Made by a program: the position numbers and the translations under genes
Assembly (NCBI GenBank): GCA_001774395.1
Contig: MEZX01000001.1
Coordinates: 27,643-91,642, forward strand
From: Candidatus Berkelbacteria bacterium RIFCSPLOWO2_01_FULL_50_28
Lineage (GTDB): Bacteria > Patescibacteriota > UBA1384 > 2-12-FULL-50-11
Length of the DNA stretch: 64,000 nucleotides
Direction: 5' to 3'
Notes under the pieces: generated by a model
The model's input: only the letters and a program-made list of their open reading frames with translations
What the model was told of the DNA's origin: nothing
Database searches by the model: none
In this document: positions 45,490 to 56,338 of the stretch, piece by piece
Position numbering within the stretch: position 1 is the first letter of the stretch
Layout: each line of letters starts with the position of its first letter

Positions 45490-46278
45490 TTACTGATCAA
45501 CCTCCGTCTGGAGTGAACGGGAGAGAAGCGGGTCAAATGTTGGGAGAGCCTGCGAAAAGACTTTCCAGCAGCGCTCGGCGGCAACTTGCTCACCACGAGA
45601 TCGGTACAGGACACTCAAAAACCCCGAGATCTCAGCAATCGGCAGGGTGTAATTTTGATCCGGATGGTCGGCCTCAAACCAACTTTTCGCCTCGAGTGCC
45701 AACGCCAGCGCGGGTTCGAGCTGTTCGCTCGCAGACAGAACTTTTGCTTGATCAAAAAGAACTATGGTGTTGTTTAATCCCGCTACCGGCACCTTGCGTA
45801 GGGTACTGAGCGCCTGCTCGATCTGAGCTAAGCCACCCTGACTATCACCCCAGCGGGAAAGCCATAGCCCGTATTTACTGTAAGTTATCCCCAGCTCCTC
45901 AAAACTATCTCTCCGGGATAGAGTTTCAATCGCCTCGGTGAATAACTCGATTGCTTCGCTTTTGGCCCCCATTTTTGCCGCGGCGACGGCCTCCTCACGA
46001 AGACACGCTCCCAGACCTGTTTCATCGTGAACGCCAATGTAAATATTTTTGGCCTTAGTCAGCATCGCTAGAGCATCGCGATACGTTGCGACTGTCTGGC
46101 TCGAGATAGTCATAATCAGACTGCTTGCAGCAAGTTGAAACGCTCTAGCCGCAACAGTCGACTCGCCTTGCCCGTTTGCCGAACTGGCAATGGAAAGATA
46201 CTTTTTCACGGCGTTTTCCACCTTGCCGTCGAAACGCAAATTGTCCGCTTCTAGCAGTAAGTCTTCAAACTCTTCCAT
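45490..46278 (-). CDS. TPR-like helical repeat protein
   Basis: Repeated A..A.....EA helical pattern. Confidence 0.6.
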   Translation of the reverse strand: MEEFEDLLLEADNLRFDGKVENAVKKYLSIASSANGQGESTVAARAFQLAASSLIMTISSQTVATYRDALAMLTKAKNIYIGVHDETGLGACLREEAVAAAKMGAKSEAIELFTEAIETLSRRDSFEELGITYSKYGLWLSRWGDSQGGLAQIEQALSTLRKVPVAGLNNTIVLFDQAKVLSASEQLEPALALALEAKSWFEADHPDQNYTLPIAEISGFLSVLYRSRGEQVAAERCWKVFSQALPTFDPLLSRSLQTEVDQ

Positions 46279-46334
46279 CTCTACTTTCAGTGCGGTTGGT
46301 GGGGGACTCCGCTTGGGCTTGACGGCTTTGGACG

Positions 46335-48899
46335 CTACTTACCATGGCAGTGTTTATATTTTTTTGGACGGCCGTCCGGAAGTGTCGCTCCGCACGGACA
46401 CGGGTCGTTCCGACCGATCTTCTTATCTTTCTGGCCCACCGGCGCGACAAGCTCGTCTTTGTTAGTTTGCTGGAAATTAGAGATCGGACTCTCGTCCTTA
46501 ACTGGCTGGACTTCTTCCACCTCGGCCCGAAGCAACAGTTCGATAATCTGAGTATCAATGGCGCTAGTAAGATTTTGGAACAGGTCGTAGGCTTCGCGTT
46601 TGTACTCAACAAGCGGCTCTCTCTGACCGTAACCACGCAGGCCGATGCTCTCGCGCAGAGACTCCATTGTCTTCAGATGCTCCACCCAGAGAACATCGAT
46701 CGAGCGCAGAGTGACCAGGCGTTCAACCTGGGGTCTCACTTCCTCAGTCCAGTTTATCGCCTTTTTTTCATACGCTTCTTTTTGTCCTTCAGCCATTATC
46801 GAGAGAATCTCTTCATGAAGTGCGGCGTTCGAGCGTGGATTGAACTCCAGAGCGCGGCGGCGACGGCGGTAAACCGATTCTCGGTGTTTATTCGCCACGT
46901 CATCGTAGTCAACAAGTTGTTTTCGTATTTCGAAATAATGCGATTCAACCTTGGATTGAGCCTGCTCGATCGCTTTTGAGAGTAAGGGGTTATTAATACT
47001 CGTCTCGTCGGGAATGTTAAGCCTCTGCATAATTGACTGCATTCTGGTTCCGCCAAAGATCCTCATTAGGTCATCTTCAAGCGAGAGGAAGAACTGGCTC
47101 ACTCCTGGGTCACCCTGTCTGGCACAGCGACCTCGTAGCTGATTGTCGATTCGTCGGGATTCGTGGCGTTCGGTTCCAACAACGAACAGACCACCCAGTT
47201 CTATTACCTTTTCATGGCTCGACTCCCACTCTTTCCATTCTTTTTGTTCGTCACGATTACCGGGCGGCGTACCACCAAGGATGATATCCACTCCCCGCCC
47301 AGCCATATTCGTCGCCACGGTGACCGCTCCTAGTCGCCCCGCCTCTTCAACAATCGAGCCTTCCCTTTGGTGTTGTTTGGCGTTAAGAACCGAATGCTTT
47401 ACCCCAGCGGCTTTGAGCAATTTCGAAAGCCTTTCTGACTTAGCGATAGAAATCGTGCCGATCAACACCGGCTGTCCGACGCCCTGTCTCTCTTTAACTA
47501 GCTCGACTACGGCGTGGAATTTTGCACTCTCTGTCTTGTAGATTAGGTCCTGACGGTCGGCTCTAATATTTGGACGATTAGAGGGAATAGCAATAACTTC
47601 TAGGCTGTAAATCTTGGATAACTCTTCCGCTTCAGTGATCGCGGTCCCGGTCATTCCCGCAAGTTTGATATACATTCGAAAGTAATTTTGCAGTGTAATC
47701 GTCGCCAAAGTGACCGACTCTTCCCTTACTTCAACTCCTTCTTTTGCCTCGATCGCTTGATGTAACCCGCCGGAGTAGCGTCTGCCCGCTAGCATCCGAC
47801 CGGTAAACTCGTCGATAATCACTATCTCACCGTCTTTTACCACGTATTCCTTGTTCTTTCGGAATAAAGCATATGCCTTTAAAGCCGAGTCGGCGTGGTG
47901 GACAAGCTCAACATGACGCGGATCGTATAAGTTTTCCAATCCCAATAGATGCTCGAGTTTTTTAATTCCCTCATCGGTTAGCGTTGAAGCATTGGCTTTC
48001 TCGTCAATCTTAAAATCTAATTCCTTTTTAAGTTTTGGAATGATAGCAGCAAATTTTCCATAAAGTTGGGCCGATTCGGTTGATGGAGCGGAGATGATGA
48101 GCGGCGTTCGCGCTTCATCAATAAGAATTGAATCCACTTCGTCGATAATAGCATATGTTAAGTCTCTTTGAGATAACTGCGTTTCGTCCTGGGCCATATT
48201 GTCGCGCAGATAATCGAAACCAAACTCGTTGTTGGTTCCATAGGTAATGTCGGCACCGTACGCCTCCTTGCGTGAAACTGGACGAAAATGCTTCAGGCGC
48301 TCATCGGTCTCGTCGAGACTGAAGTCCGGGTCATATTGGTACGAGAACTGCGGCCCGACCACCCCAATAGTTAAGCCAAGGAAATGGTAAACTGGTCCGA
48401 TCCAGCCGGCGTCACGCCTGGCCAAATAATCGTTGACTGTTACCAGGTGAGCTCCAAGCCCAGTCAGCCCGTTCAAGAAAAGCGGCAGGCTGGCGACAAG
48501 GGTTTTTCCCTCGCCGGTTTTCATCTCCGCAATCTGACCGCGCTGTAATACAGCGCCGCCGATCAATTGGACATCGTAATGGCGCAGACCGATCGTCCGC
48601 TTGCTAGCCTCGCGAACTAAAGCAAAAGCATATGCTTCGTTTTCGGACAGAAAATCATTAATTTGCTTGCGGCGAGCTTCGTTGCGGCCGCGAAGATCCT
48701 CAATTTCAATCGTCTGCTCAATTGTCTTGCGAGCCAGCGCCGAGATCTTCTCTTTGAGTTTTAAAGAGTCTTGCCGAAGCTCGTCGTCTGACTTACTCTC
48801 CAGGCCTTCCTCTAAAGCGTTAACGCTACCAACGAACTGGTCGTAACGGCCGACTTCCTTCTGATTAGGATCGCCAAACAGACGACGTAGAATTCCCAT
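46335..48899 (-). CDS. secA: Preprotein translocase SecA
   Basis: MKTGEGKTL, DEVDSILIDEARTPLIIS and SEC-C GRNDPCPCG motifs. Confidence 0.99.
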   Translation of the reverse strand: MGILRRLFGDPNQKEVGRYDQFVGSVNALEEGLESKSDDELRQDSLKLKEKISALARKTIEQTIEIEDLRGRNEARRKQINDFLSENEAYAFALVREASKRTIGLRHYDVQLIGGAVLQRGQIAEMKTGEGKTLVASLPLFLNGLTGLGAHLVTVNDYLARRDAGWIGPVYHFLGLTIGVVGPQFSYQYDPDFSLDETDERLKHFRPVSRKEAYGADITYGTNNEFGFDYLRDNMAQDETQLSQRDLTYAIIDEVDSILIDEARTPLIISAPSTESAQLYGKFAAIIPKLKKELDFKIDEKANASTLTDEGIKKLEHLLGLENLYDPRHVELVHHADSALKAYALFRKNKEYVVKDGEIVIIDEFTGRMLAGRRYSGGLHQAIEAKEGVEVREESVTLATITLQNYFRMYIKLAGMTGTAITEAEELSKIYSLEVIAIPSNRPNIRADRQDLIYKTESAKFHAVVELVKERQGVGQPVLIGTISIAKSERLSKLLKAAGVKHSVLNAKQHQREGSIVEEAGRLGAVTVATNMAGRGVDIILGGTPPGNRDEQKEWKEWESSHEKVIELGGLFVVGTERHESRRIDNQLRGRCARQGDPGVSQFFLSLEDDLMRIFGGTRMQSIMQRLNIPDETSINNPLLSKAIEQAQSKVESHYFEIRKQLVDYDDVANKHRESVYRRRRRALEFNPRSNAALHEEILSIMAEGQKEAYEKKAINWTEEVRPQVERLVTLRSIDVLWVEHLKTMESLRESIGLRGYGQREPLVEYKREAYDLFQNLTSAIDTQIIELLLRAEVEEVQPVKDESPISNFQQTNKDELVAPVGQKDKKIGRNDPCPCGATLPDGRPKKYKHCHGK

Positions 48900-48903
48900 T
48901 TAG

Positions 48904-50112
48904 TTAGCGTAAAGATCGCGGCAGCATAACTGTTCCGTCTGGCCGCTGGTTATTCTCTATGTAAGCCAACAGTAGTCGCTCCGTAACTAATGTACCATTT
49001 AGAGTATGAGCAAATTGAGTCACTCCCGCCTGATCACGATATTTTATCCCTAACGCTCGTGATTGATAATCGGTACAGTTGCTCGCCGAATGGGTCTCTC
49101 GATATCTTTGCTGCCCCGGAAACCAGGTCTCAAGATCGAAACGTTTTATTGCCTTCTTCTCTAGGTCACCTGAGCCAATCAAAACAGCTTGATAAGGAAG
49201 TTTAAACTGTTGAACGAAGCGCTCTTGCATCTCCAGGAGGAAATCGTGTTCGTTCTCTGACTGATCTTGCCGACAGATGGAAACCATTTCTACCTTATCG
49301 AATTGATGCTGGCGAAACATACCTTTGACATCTTTACCGTAGGAGCCAGCTTCTTTACGGAAACAAGTCGAGAACCCTACTAACCGTAATGGTAGTTCGT
49401 CTTTTTTAAATACCTTATTTGCTACAGAAGCAACCAATGAATACTCACTCGTCCCAACCAGATAAAGATCGTCCCCTGCCTTAAAGGTATCTTCTTCGCC
49501 TTCGGGGAAAAAACCGCCTTTCGTTAGGATGTCAGATCGGACTATAACCGGAGGGATTACCGGCTGAAAGCCGTGTTTAACAGCGAATCGGAAGCCTAAC
49601 CTGGATAGCTCCATCCAAGCAGACGCTGCCGGCCCCTTGAGATAACGAAACCTCGCTCCACTCACTTCAGCTGCCGTAGATAAGTCAAGCCAACCGAGCT
49701 CGGTCATTAGCTGTTGATGTGGCTTTCCAGTCATCAGTTTTGGCTTACCAACCTCTTTTATCACGGTGTTTGCCGACTCTCCCGCTCCCACCGGAACGTC
49801 CGGCGCCACCAAGTTAGGGATCGCTAGAAGCAGATCTTCCGCCTTTTTGGCGGCGGCGCTGACGACTTGGCTTTTTTTGGACAGTTGAGAGGAAGATTTC
49901 TTCGCAACCTTTAGCTCTGCCGCGCTCGGTTTGCCAGATCGAGACATATCGTTACGAGCCCTTTGAAGGATTTCCAATTTTGCTAGTTCGTTTCGCCACA
50001 GTTTGTCAGCGGCAAGAAATTTGTCTACTAGTTTAACATCACCACCTCGTTTAACCAGGCTGTTTATAACTGCCTGGGGGCTAGTGCGTAATAAATCTCG
50101 ACTAAGCATCAA
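48904..50112 (-). CDS. serS: Serine-tRNA ligase
   Basis: FRKEAGSYGKD..GMFR.HQFDKVE, SNCTDYQSR and HTLNGT motifs. Confidence 0.97.
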   Translation of the reverse strand: MMLSRDLLRTSPQAVINSLVKRGGDVKLVDKFLAADKLWRNELAKLEILQRARNDMSRSGKPSAAELKVAKKSSSQLSKKSQVVSAAAKKAEDLLLAIPNLVAPDVPVGAGESANTVIKEVGKPKLMTGKPHQQLMTELGWLDLSTAAEVSGARFRYLKGPAASAWMELSRLGFRFAVKHGFQPVIPPVIVRSDILTKGGFFPEGEEDTFKAGDDLYLVGTSEYSLVASVANKVFKKDELPLRLVGFSTCFRKEAGSYGKDVKGMFRQHQFDKVEMVSICRQDQSENEHDFLLEMQERFVQQFKLPYQAVLIGSGDLEKKAIKRFDLETWFPGQQRYRETHSASNCTDYQSRALGIKYRDQAGVTQFAHTLNGTLVTERLLLAYIENNQRPDGTVMLPRSLR

Positions 50113-50172
50113 AAATACTCCAAACCATCAGAGTAAGTGTAGCAGAGCCCTCGAAAGAACCAAAGCCAAGTG

Positions 50173-50637
50173 TTAGGAAACGCTGACGATCTTGTAAGTC
50201 ACAGCGCCATCAGGGGTGCTGATTTTGACAACGTCCTTAGCCTTGTGACCTAGCAACGCTTGTCCCACCGGAGAGTCGGTAGAAATCTTGCCGTTAGCTG
50301 GATCTGATTCTGTTGAACCAACAATTTCGAAAGTGTCGGTGTCCCCCTCTATTTCGATGGTAATTTTGCTACCCACAGAAATTACGTCCTTGTGGCCGCC
50401 GTTGGCAACAACCTTTACGTGTTTAGTAATTTCCTCAATTTCCTGAATTCGGCCCTCTATAAACGACTGCTCTTCCTTCGCGGCAGTATACTCGGCGTTT
50501 TCACTCAGATCCCCCAACTCTTTGGCGGTTTTTATACGACTAATAATCTCTGGTCGGCGAACCTGCGACAGATCTTTCAATTCAGCTTCAAGCTTTAGTA
50601 AACCTTCGCTGGTAATGATGATTTCTTTTTTTGGCAT
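50173..50637 (-). CDS. greA: Transcription elongation factor GreA
   Basis: GDLSENAEY and ISTDSPVGQALLG motifs; start MPKKE. Confidence 0.97.
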   Translation of the reverse strand: MPKKEIIITSEGLLKLEAELKDLSQVRRPEIISRIKTAKELGDLSENAEYTAAKEEQSFIEGRIQEIEEITKHVKVVANGGHKDVISVGSKITIEIEGDTDTFEIVGSTESDPANGKISTDSPVGQALLGHKAKDVVKISTPDGAVTYKIVSVS

Positions 50638-50834
50638 TTGATTCTCTCTTTTAAACCTAATGCGCCAGTCCATTAACAAGAACAACTGGCTACCTGGGAA
50701 TTTTACCAGCCCAACGATTGATGTCAAGACCTATTCGGCTAACTGTAAGAACTCACAACAAAACCACTCCTTTTACGGAGCGGCCGCCGGAAAGTTCCCA
50801 TTAATCAGTCACCGGGAACGGCTATACTTAGCCA

Positions 50835-52487
50835 ATGAGTAAAACAACTCGATTTTCCCGATTACCCGTTATCCCTTCTTGGGAACGACTGCTAACGCGA
50901 TTCTACACGATAAGCGAAGCCACTCCAGCAAACCTAGCAACTTACTTTGGGCTACTCGGAGCTCTGTCTAGCAATCGTTACTCAATTCTGCAACAGATCG
51001 GTCGGTTAGCAACCACCCTTCCGAAAATTACGGGACTGGAAGTTGTCGGTATTTTCCAGCTTTGCCTCGAAAACACTAATTGTTTAGCGGCAAACATCTC
51101 ACCCAACAGGATTGAGATGCTAATGTCTCAAGCGGTATTTAAACGCGAGCTGAAGGAAGTAACGATACGCAAACGGCTCTCTGGACTCGTTGGAACTCGG
51201 GGCAAAAAGAGTCTCCGTCATATCGTGATTGAACCACTTGGACGATACCTTGACCTACCGGTGGTATTAGTTGGTCTCAGTAGCCGGGCTATTCCTCAAG
51301 AAGAGGCAAAATTCACTGAGCTAGTAGCCCAGATTATCCGCCTACGGTTTGGCCATCAACACCTGGACCAAAAGCTGACCGAGCACAAAAATCAATTCCA
51401 AACGCTCGTCCAACACTTAAGTGAGGGGATGATAATTCTCAACAACGACTTACGCGTTTCACTTTGGAATCGTCCGATGGAAAAGATTACAGGCTGTGGT
51501 GTTAAGGACGTTGTGGGCAAGCCGTTTGAAGAAGCAATCCTCTGCCTCAATAAAAACGCCCTACTGGAGTCTCTTAACCAAGCTATCGCTACCAAGGGCG
51601 CCGACCAATTTGGGATTATAGTGGAGGTCGTGGCGCGTAAAGACACTAAACTTTGGCTTCGCCTCACCGGATCGATTCTACGCCAGCGTGACGGCAAGGT
51701 TGAGAGAGTGATAATCATCGCTCACGACGTCTCTAAGGAAAAACTCCTCGAGCAGAAGAAAAATGAGTTCATCTCGATTGCCACTCATGAATTCCGCACC
51801 CCCCTGACGGTCATCCGCGGTTACCTGAGCTTATTAGATAGAGGGGAGAAAAAACTGGACGAACGGCAGCGACGTTATCTGCGCCGAGTGACCGAAGCCA
51901 GTGATCGGTTAGTGAACTTGACTGAGGATCTTCTCCAGGTGGCCCAGATCGACCAAGATCGCCTGGAGATTAAAAACCAGACCTTCGATCTCTTCCGAGT
52001 TCTGAAAAAAATCTGTCACGATTTTAAAGCCAAAGCCAACCAAAAGGGCGTGTCTCTGACGATCGCCAGACCAACATTCTCCACTTTCGTCAGCCTCGAC
52101 CCCGTTCGATGTGAGCAGATTTTTAGCAATTTGGTAGATAACGCCCTAAAGTACACCCTACGCGGTTCGGTCAAGATATTTTTCGAAGAAGTCACTCACC
52201 CCAATCAACGCCAAACGAGCCTAATAGTGCACATTAAGGATACCGGCATCGGTATTGCCAAAGAGTCGTTAGAAGAAATCTTCGAGAAATTTCGACGGAC
52301 GCACAAAATTGAGGAAATTCGTGAACAGGGCGCGGGATTAGGACTATTTATTGTTAAATCCTTCGTTGAGCGACAGCAGGGAACTATCGATGTTCGAAGT
52401 CGCCACGGTCAAGGCACAACATTTTCAATAACTTTTCCTCTTGCAAATTTAGGTGCAAGGGCTAGAACTAGGAATAGTGATGTCTAA
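50835..52487 (+). CDS. PAS-domain sensor histidine kinase
   Basis: H-box THEFRTPL, N-box NLVDNALKYT, DTGIGI and GAGLGL. Confidence 0.93.
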   Translation: MSKTTRFSRLPVIPSWERLLTRFYTISEATPANLATYFGLLGALSSNRYSILQQIGRLATTLPKITGLEVVGIFQLCLENTNCLAANISPNRIEMLMSQAVFKRELKEVTIRKRLSGLVGTRGKKSLRHIVIEPLGRYLDLPVVLVGLSSRAIPQEEAKFTELVAQIIRLRFGHQHLDQKLTEHKNQFQTLVQHLSEGMIILNNDLRVSLWNRPMEKITGCGVKDVVGKPFEEAILCLNKNALLESLNQAIATKGADQFGIIVEVVARKDTKLWLRLTGSILRQRDGKVERVIIIAHDVSKEKLLEQKKNEFISIATHEFRTPLTVIRGYLSLLDRGEKKLDERQRRYLRRVTEASDRLVNLTEDLLQVAQIDQDRLEIKNQTFDLFRVLKKICHDFKAKANQKGVSLTIARPTFSTFVSLDPVRCEQIFSNLVDNALKYTLRGSVKIFFEEVTHPNQRQTSLIVHIKDTGIGIAKESLEEIFEKFRRTHKIEEIREQGAGLGLFIVKSFVERQQGTIDVRSRHGQGTTFSITFPLANLGARARTRNSDV

Positions 52488-52869
52488 AAACAAGTCTGTT
52501 TTATTGGTAGAAGACGAGTCGCTGATCGTTGAACTATACAAGGAGCGCTTTTCGGAAGAGAAGTTCGATCTGATAGTTGCCAAGTCCGGACCCGAGGCAC
52601 TGAAAAAGGCTAACGGGGAAATTGACCTAATTCTGCTCGACGTTCTTCTGCCTGGACTCAACGGGTTCGACGTCTTAAGGAAGTTGAAAAAAGACCCCGA
52701 CACACGGGACGTCCCTGTGATAATCCTAACTAATTTAGGGAGCGAACACTCCGATAACGATAAAAGGTTAGCCCTCTCTCTCGGTGCGATCGACTACCTG
52801 GTGAAGTCTTATCACACACCCGACGAGATGGTTGAGGTCATTAAACAGCGTCTCTATCCCGAAGGTTAA
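52480..52869 (+). CDS. Single-domain response regulator
   Basis: VEDE, LLDVLLP and DYLVK motifs. Confidence 0.93.
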   Translation: MSKNKSVLLVEDESLIVELYKERFSEEKFDLIVAKSGPEALKKANGEIDLILLDVLLPGLNGFDVLRKLKKDPDTRDVPVIILTNLGSEHSDNDKRLALSLGAIDYLVKSYHTPDEMVEVIKQRLYPEG

Positions 52870-52920
52870 TTTGTGGACACTTCCAAACGTTTCCCCTTTT
52901 AGAGCACGTATAATACTAAG

Positions 52921-53113
52921 GTGTTCCTAATATCACCAACTGTCGTCTGCTTCTTTGAAAATGTTTGGCCCGAATCGGCGCGAAATAAAAAAACGAGGCC
53001 GAGTAAGCCAAAACAATCGCCACAACAGACAACGGTAACACCCCAAGGGTGCTTGGAAAATCGTCGCGAGAATTTGCTCTTTATCGCAGTCGCGAGTGGG
53101 ATGTCCGAGCGCT
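52921..53113 (+). ncRNA. Candidate structured ncRNA
   Basis: TATAAT at 52909-52914; nested stems GTGTTC/GAGCGC, CTGTCGTCTG/CAGACAACGG, TGTTTGGC/GCCAAAACA. Confidence 0.4.
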
Positions 53114-53118
53114 TTTGG

Positions 53119-54270
53119 CTAGTCGGGAAAAATTCTGGAAAACATCAGCCCCAAGTGGAGCTCAACAGCATCGGCGAACTTTCGGGGATCTTTGCCAAGT
53201 TTCTCGGTAATTCGGTCTAACCGATAGATTACGGTATTACGATGGACGTGCAGAGCTTCTGCTGCAGACGTTAAGTTCAGGCTTGCCTCCAGAAAGGCTT
53301 GAAGCGTTTGAAGAAGCTGATCATCCTTTAAGCTCTCCTCGATATTTGCGGCAAAAGCCTTCTTCTGTTGGGCGGCCCCCGTCGCTATCAGAGGCAAGAT
53401 TCCCAGTGCCTCATACTGGTGAACTTTATCCGATCCCAAGACGCGACTGCCAATCTTTAGAACCTCCAGTGATTCTGTTACCGAACGTAAGATTCCGGCA
53501 GGAGAGGTGGCCGCCGTACCAACGCCCATCGTCACCTCCTTGATATGCACATTGCGCAACGGTCCGGTGATCTCTCGGTAGCTCTTTTTTATCAATTCAC
53601 AAAATCGTTCGTAGTCAGTGTTCTGAAGATCTTTGAGCACTAAGAAGGTGTCGTCACCGATGAATCCCACCAGGTTGTCAGGATTTTTGGTGAAAAAATT
53701 CATCAAGCTATGGCTAATATCTCTCTTTTTGGCGGCGATTAAGTTCTCCCTGTCGCCGCCAGGGGAGCCTAACTCACGTAAGTAATGTTCGTGAAAGCCC
53801 TTTAGCTCTATGGCCAAAGCCGCCCGTTGCAAATCGAGTCGATGACCGAGAGCCGCCAACTGGTGCTGGAACTCTTCGTGATCGATAGTTTCACCCTTGT
53901 GCGCAACTCTGGTAAGTAGAAGATCGATCGCGTCTGGGCGCGGACGGTGCTGTAGAACGAACTGTTCAGCCACGAGCTCCCCCAAGCTACTTACAATTTG
54001 CGCAGTTTGAGCATCGGCTGAGGGCACTTCAATAACAACTAAACAAATGAATTTGTCGTCATAATAAATCGGAACAGCCTGTAGATCGTCAGATTCCTCA
54101 ATAACTGCGGGCATCTGTTCCCTGGAGAACGAGCGAACGGGAAACCCTTTCCTGGTACCGAAATCTGAGAAATTGCGGTAAACCTGGCCGTGTTCGTTCG
54201 TCAGAGCGACTCTTTTAGAAAAAACTCTTTTTATCTGTTCAAACAGGCGCTCAAGAAGTTTTGGAGACAT
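53119..54270 (-). CDS. CdaR/PucR-family transcriptional regulator
   Basis: C-terminal NLTSAAEALHVHRNTVIYRLDRI HTH; GGDEF-like middle domain. Confidence 0.9.
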   Translation of the reverse strand: MSPKLLERLFEQIKRVFSKRVALTNEHGQVYRNFSDFGTRKGFPVRSFSREQMPAVIEESDDLQAVPIYYDDKFICLVVIEVPSADAQTAQIVSSLGELVAEQFVLQHRPRPDAIDLLLTRVAHKGETIDHEEFQHQLAALGHRLDLQRAALAIELKGFHEHYLRELGSPGGDRENLIAAKKRDISHSLMNFFTKNPDNLVGFIGDDTFLVLKDLQNTDYERFCELIKKSYREITGPLRNVHIKEVTMGVGTAATSPAGILRSVTESLEVLKIGSRVLGSDKVHQYEALGILPLIATGAAQQKKAFAANIEESLKDDQLLQTLQAFLEASLNLTSAAEALHVHRNTVIYRLDRITEKLGKDPRKFADAVELHLGLMFSRIFPD

Positions 54271-54349
54271 AGATATTAGTATATTCCTACAATCCGCCCC
54301 GTCTAGCAAGTAACTTTTAGGCAAAAAACCAACCCCTACGGGCACATGG

Positions 54350-54365
54350 TTGTGACTTTGTACAA
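54350..54365. promoter_or_regulatory. Putative CdaR-type operator
   Basis: TTGTGACTTTGTACAA palindrome upstream of the regulator. Confidence 0.5.
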
Positions 54366-54366
54366 A

Positions 54367-56334
54367 TTACTTAATTAGCGTAATCGGCAACCGGAAATAA
54401 CTCTCAATAATATTTTTCGCCACCGGTGCAGCAACAACATGTCCCTCACCGCCGCCCTCGACAATTACCACAAGGGCAATTTCGGGTTTGGAGTACGGCG
54501 CAAAAGCCGTGAACAAAGAGTGGGTCTTCTCTTTCACTTTGCCAAATTCAGCTGTACCAGTTTTAGCAGCCACCTGTATCCTTAAGCTGGAGAGTAGTTG
54601 AGCCGATCCGGACTCTACCGCGCGACGCATTCCTTCCCTTACAACCTGGAGAACCTGGTTTGAAGCGAGGTGGTCGCGCTCTATTTTCGTTTTGCCGATC
54701 ATCACCGACGAACCATCTGATCTCAGGATCCGGCTAATCATCCTTGGTCGAAGGAGCTTACCGCCGTTGGCAATCGCGGCAATGGCACGCGTTAGCTGTA
54801 ACGGAGTAACTAATAAGTCACCCTGACCGATAGCGAGATGGTATGTGTCGCCGATATACCAAGGCTCATCGCGAACGGATGCTTTCCATTTTGGGGTAGG
54901 AACTAGGCCTGGCATTTCGCCAGTTAAATCAACTCCGGTGTTCTCACCAAAACCGAATCGATACAGATATTCTGTCAGTCGCTTTACACCAAGCCCTCCG
55001 ATTTGCTTATAGCCGCCGCCCAAGGCGAAAAAGAATATGTTGTTACTCTCAGCAATTGCTTGACGGACATCCGCCATACCGTGAGTTTTCCAGTCCGGGA
55101 AGGTCCACTCCCCGATGGTGATGACGCCCGCCGATGTATCAAGCAGTGTCGAAGAGCTAATCACTCCCTCGTTCAAGCCTGCCGAGGCAATAATTGGTTT
55201 AATCGTTGAACCCGAAGGATACTGACCGGCAATTGCCCGATTGATAAGCGGAGCGTTCTGATCGGACAATATCTTACCGCGGAGAGCCACCCGGCTCGGA
55301 TCGGAGAATAGGTTATTATCAAAACTAGGCGAGCTTACCATCGCGATCACTTCGCCGGTATTAACATCCATCGCGACCGCTGCTCCAGATTTTGCCCCGC
55401 TTTTTTTGATAGACGTCTGAAGCGCTTTCGCAGCAACTTTTTGGACCTTAGCATCTAGCCCAAGGATCACCGAATTCCCCGGACGAGCGACGCTCGTGCC
55501 TATAAGCCTAATAACTTTGCCTGACGAATCGACCTCCATCACCTCCTGGCCCGGCGATCCTTGCAAGTACTCGTCGTAGGTTTGTTCAAGACCCGACTTG
55601 CCCACCATATCGTCAAAACGCAGTCGCGGTCTTGAGGTTAAATCCTCCGCCGAGACCAGACCGATGTAACCCAGCAGGTGACCCAAACCGGGTGTGTCGG
55701 CGTAAACACGTCTTGACGCCTCGGTGATAAGCACCGACTCCTCACCGTTGAATTTAAGCTGGTAGCGCAGCGCCTCGAGGCGAGTAAGATTAAGCGCCAA
55801 ACTAAGTACTCCTTGGTCGGTTTGGTTCTCCAGCCTCTTGTTGACCACACCTGGGGATACGTTTAGCACCTTGGCTAGTTTACGCACCAACAACTGGCGC
55901 TCAGACTCTTCAGGGGGTAGGTTCGCCACATCAATCTCCAAAGAAAAACTAGGCTGATTTTCCACCAGCAGGATTCCATTGCGGTCATAAATTAAGCCTC
56001 GCGGTGCAGTAACTTGCTTCGTCCGGAGTCGGTTTCCCTCCGCCAACCGATAGTTCTCTTGGCCGTTGGCAATTTGGAGCGCAATCAGTCGCCAACCAAA
56101 GACGGCAATAACTAAAAACAGAACCAATCGCAGAGGAATAAACTCTCTTTTCGCCTCTGGTTGAGACTCAAAATCGTCCTTATTGTTTGTCAGAGGATAA
56201 TCTGCCAAATACTCATTCTCTAAGCGTCGGAGTGATCCAAGCGGCACAAACGGGTCAAACAAACCCGAGTCGGTTGGCTTAATCCCCCGACGTCTAGCAA
56301 AAAACTTGCCAATCATTGAAAACAAATGTGGCAT
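54367..56334 (-). CDS. mrdA: Penicillin-binding protein 2
   Basis: APRGLIYDRNG, STIK, SNN and KTGT motifs. Confidence 0.95.
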   Translation of the reverse strand: MPHLFSMIGKFFARRRGIKPTDSGLFDPFVPLGSLRRLENEYLADYPLTNNKDDFESQPEAKREFIPLRLVLFLVIAVFGWRLIALQIANGQENYRLAEGNRLRTKQVTAPRGLIYDRNGILLVENQPSFSLEIDVANLPPEESERQLLVRKLAKVLNVSPGVVNKRLENQTDQGVLSLALNLTRLEALRYQLKFNGEESVLITEASRRVYADTPGLGHLLGYIGLVSAEDLTSRPRLRFDDMVGKSGLEQTYDEYLQGSPGQEVMEVDSSGKVIRLIGTSVARPGNSVILGLDAKVQKVAAKALQTSIKKSGAKSGAAVAMDVNTGEVIAMVSSPSFDNNLFSDPSRVALRGKILSDQNAPLINRAIAGQYPSGSTIKPIIASAGLNEGVISSSTLLDTSAGVITIGEWTFPDWKTHGMADVRQAIAESNNIFFFALGGGYKQIGGLGVKRLTEYLYRFGFGENTGVDLTGEMPGLVPTPKWKASVRDEPWYIGDTYHLAIGQGDLLVTPLQLTRAIAAIANGGKLLRPRMISRILRSDGSSVMIGKTKIERDHLASNQVLQVVREGMRRAVESGSAQLLSSLRIQVAAKTGTAEFGKVKEKTHSLFTAFAPYSKPEIALVVIVEGGGEGHVVAAPVAKNIIESYFRLPITLIK

Positions 56335-56338
56335 TAAT

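Noticed and set aside
52921-53220. 99-aa ORF as a protein gene
   Set aside because: No recognisable motifs and it overlaps the regulator 3' end; an RNA structure explains the region better, though the ORF is not fully excluded.
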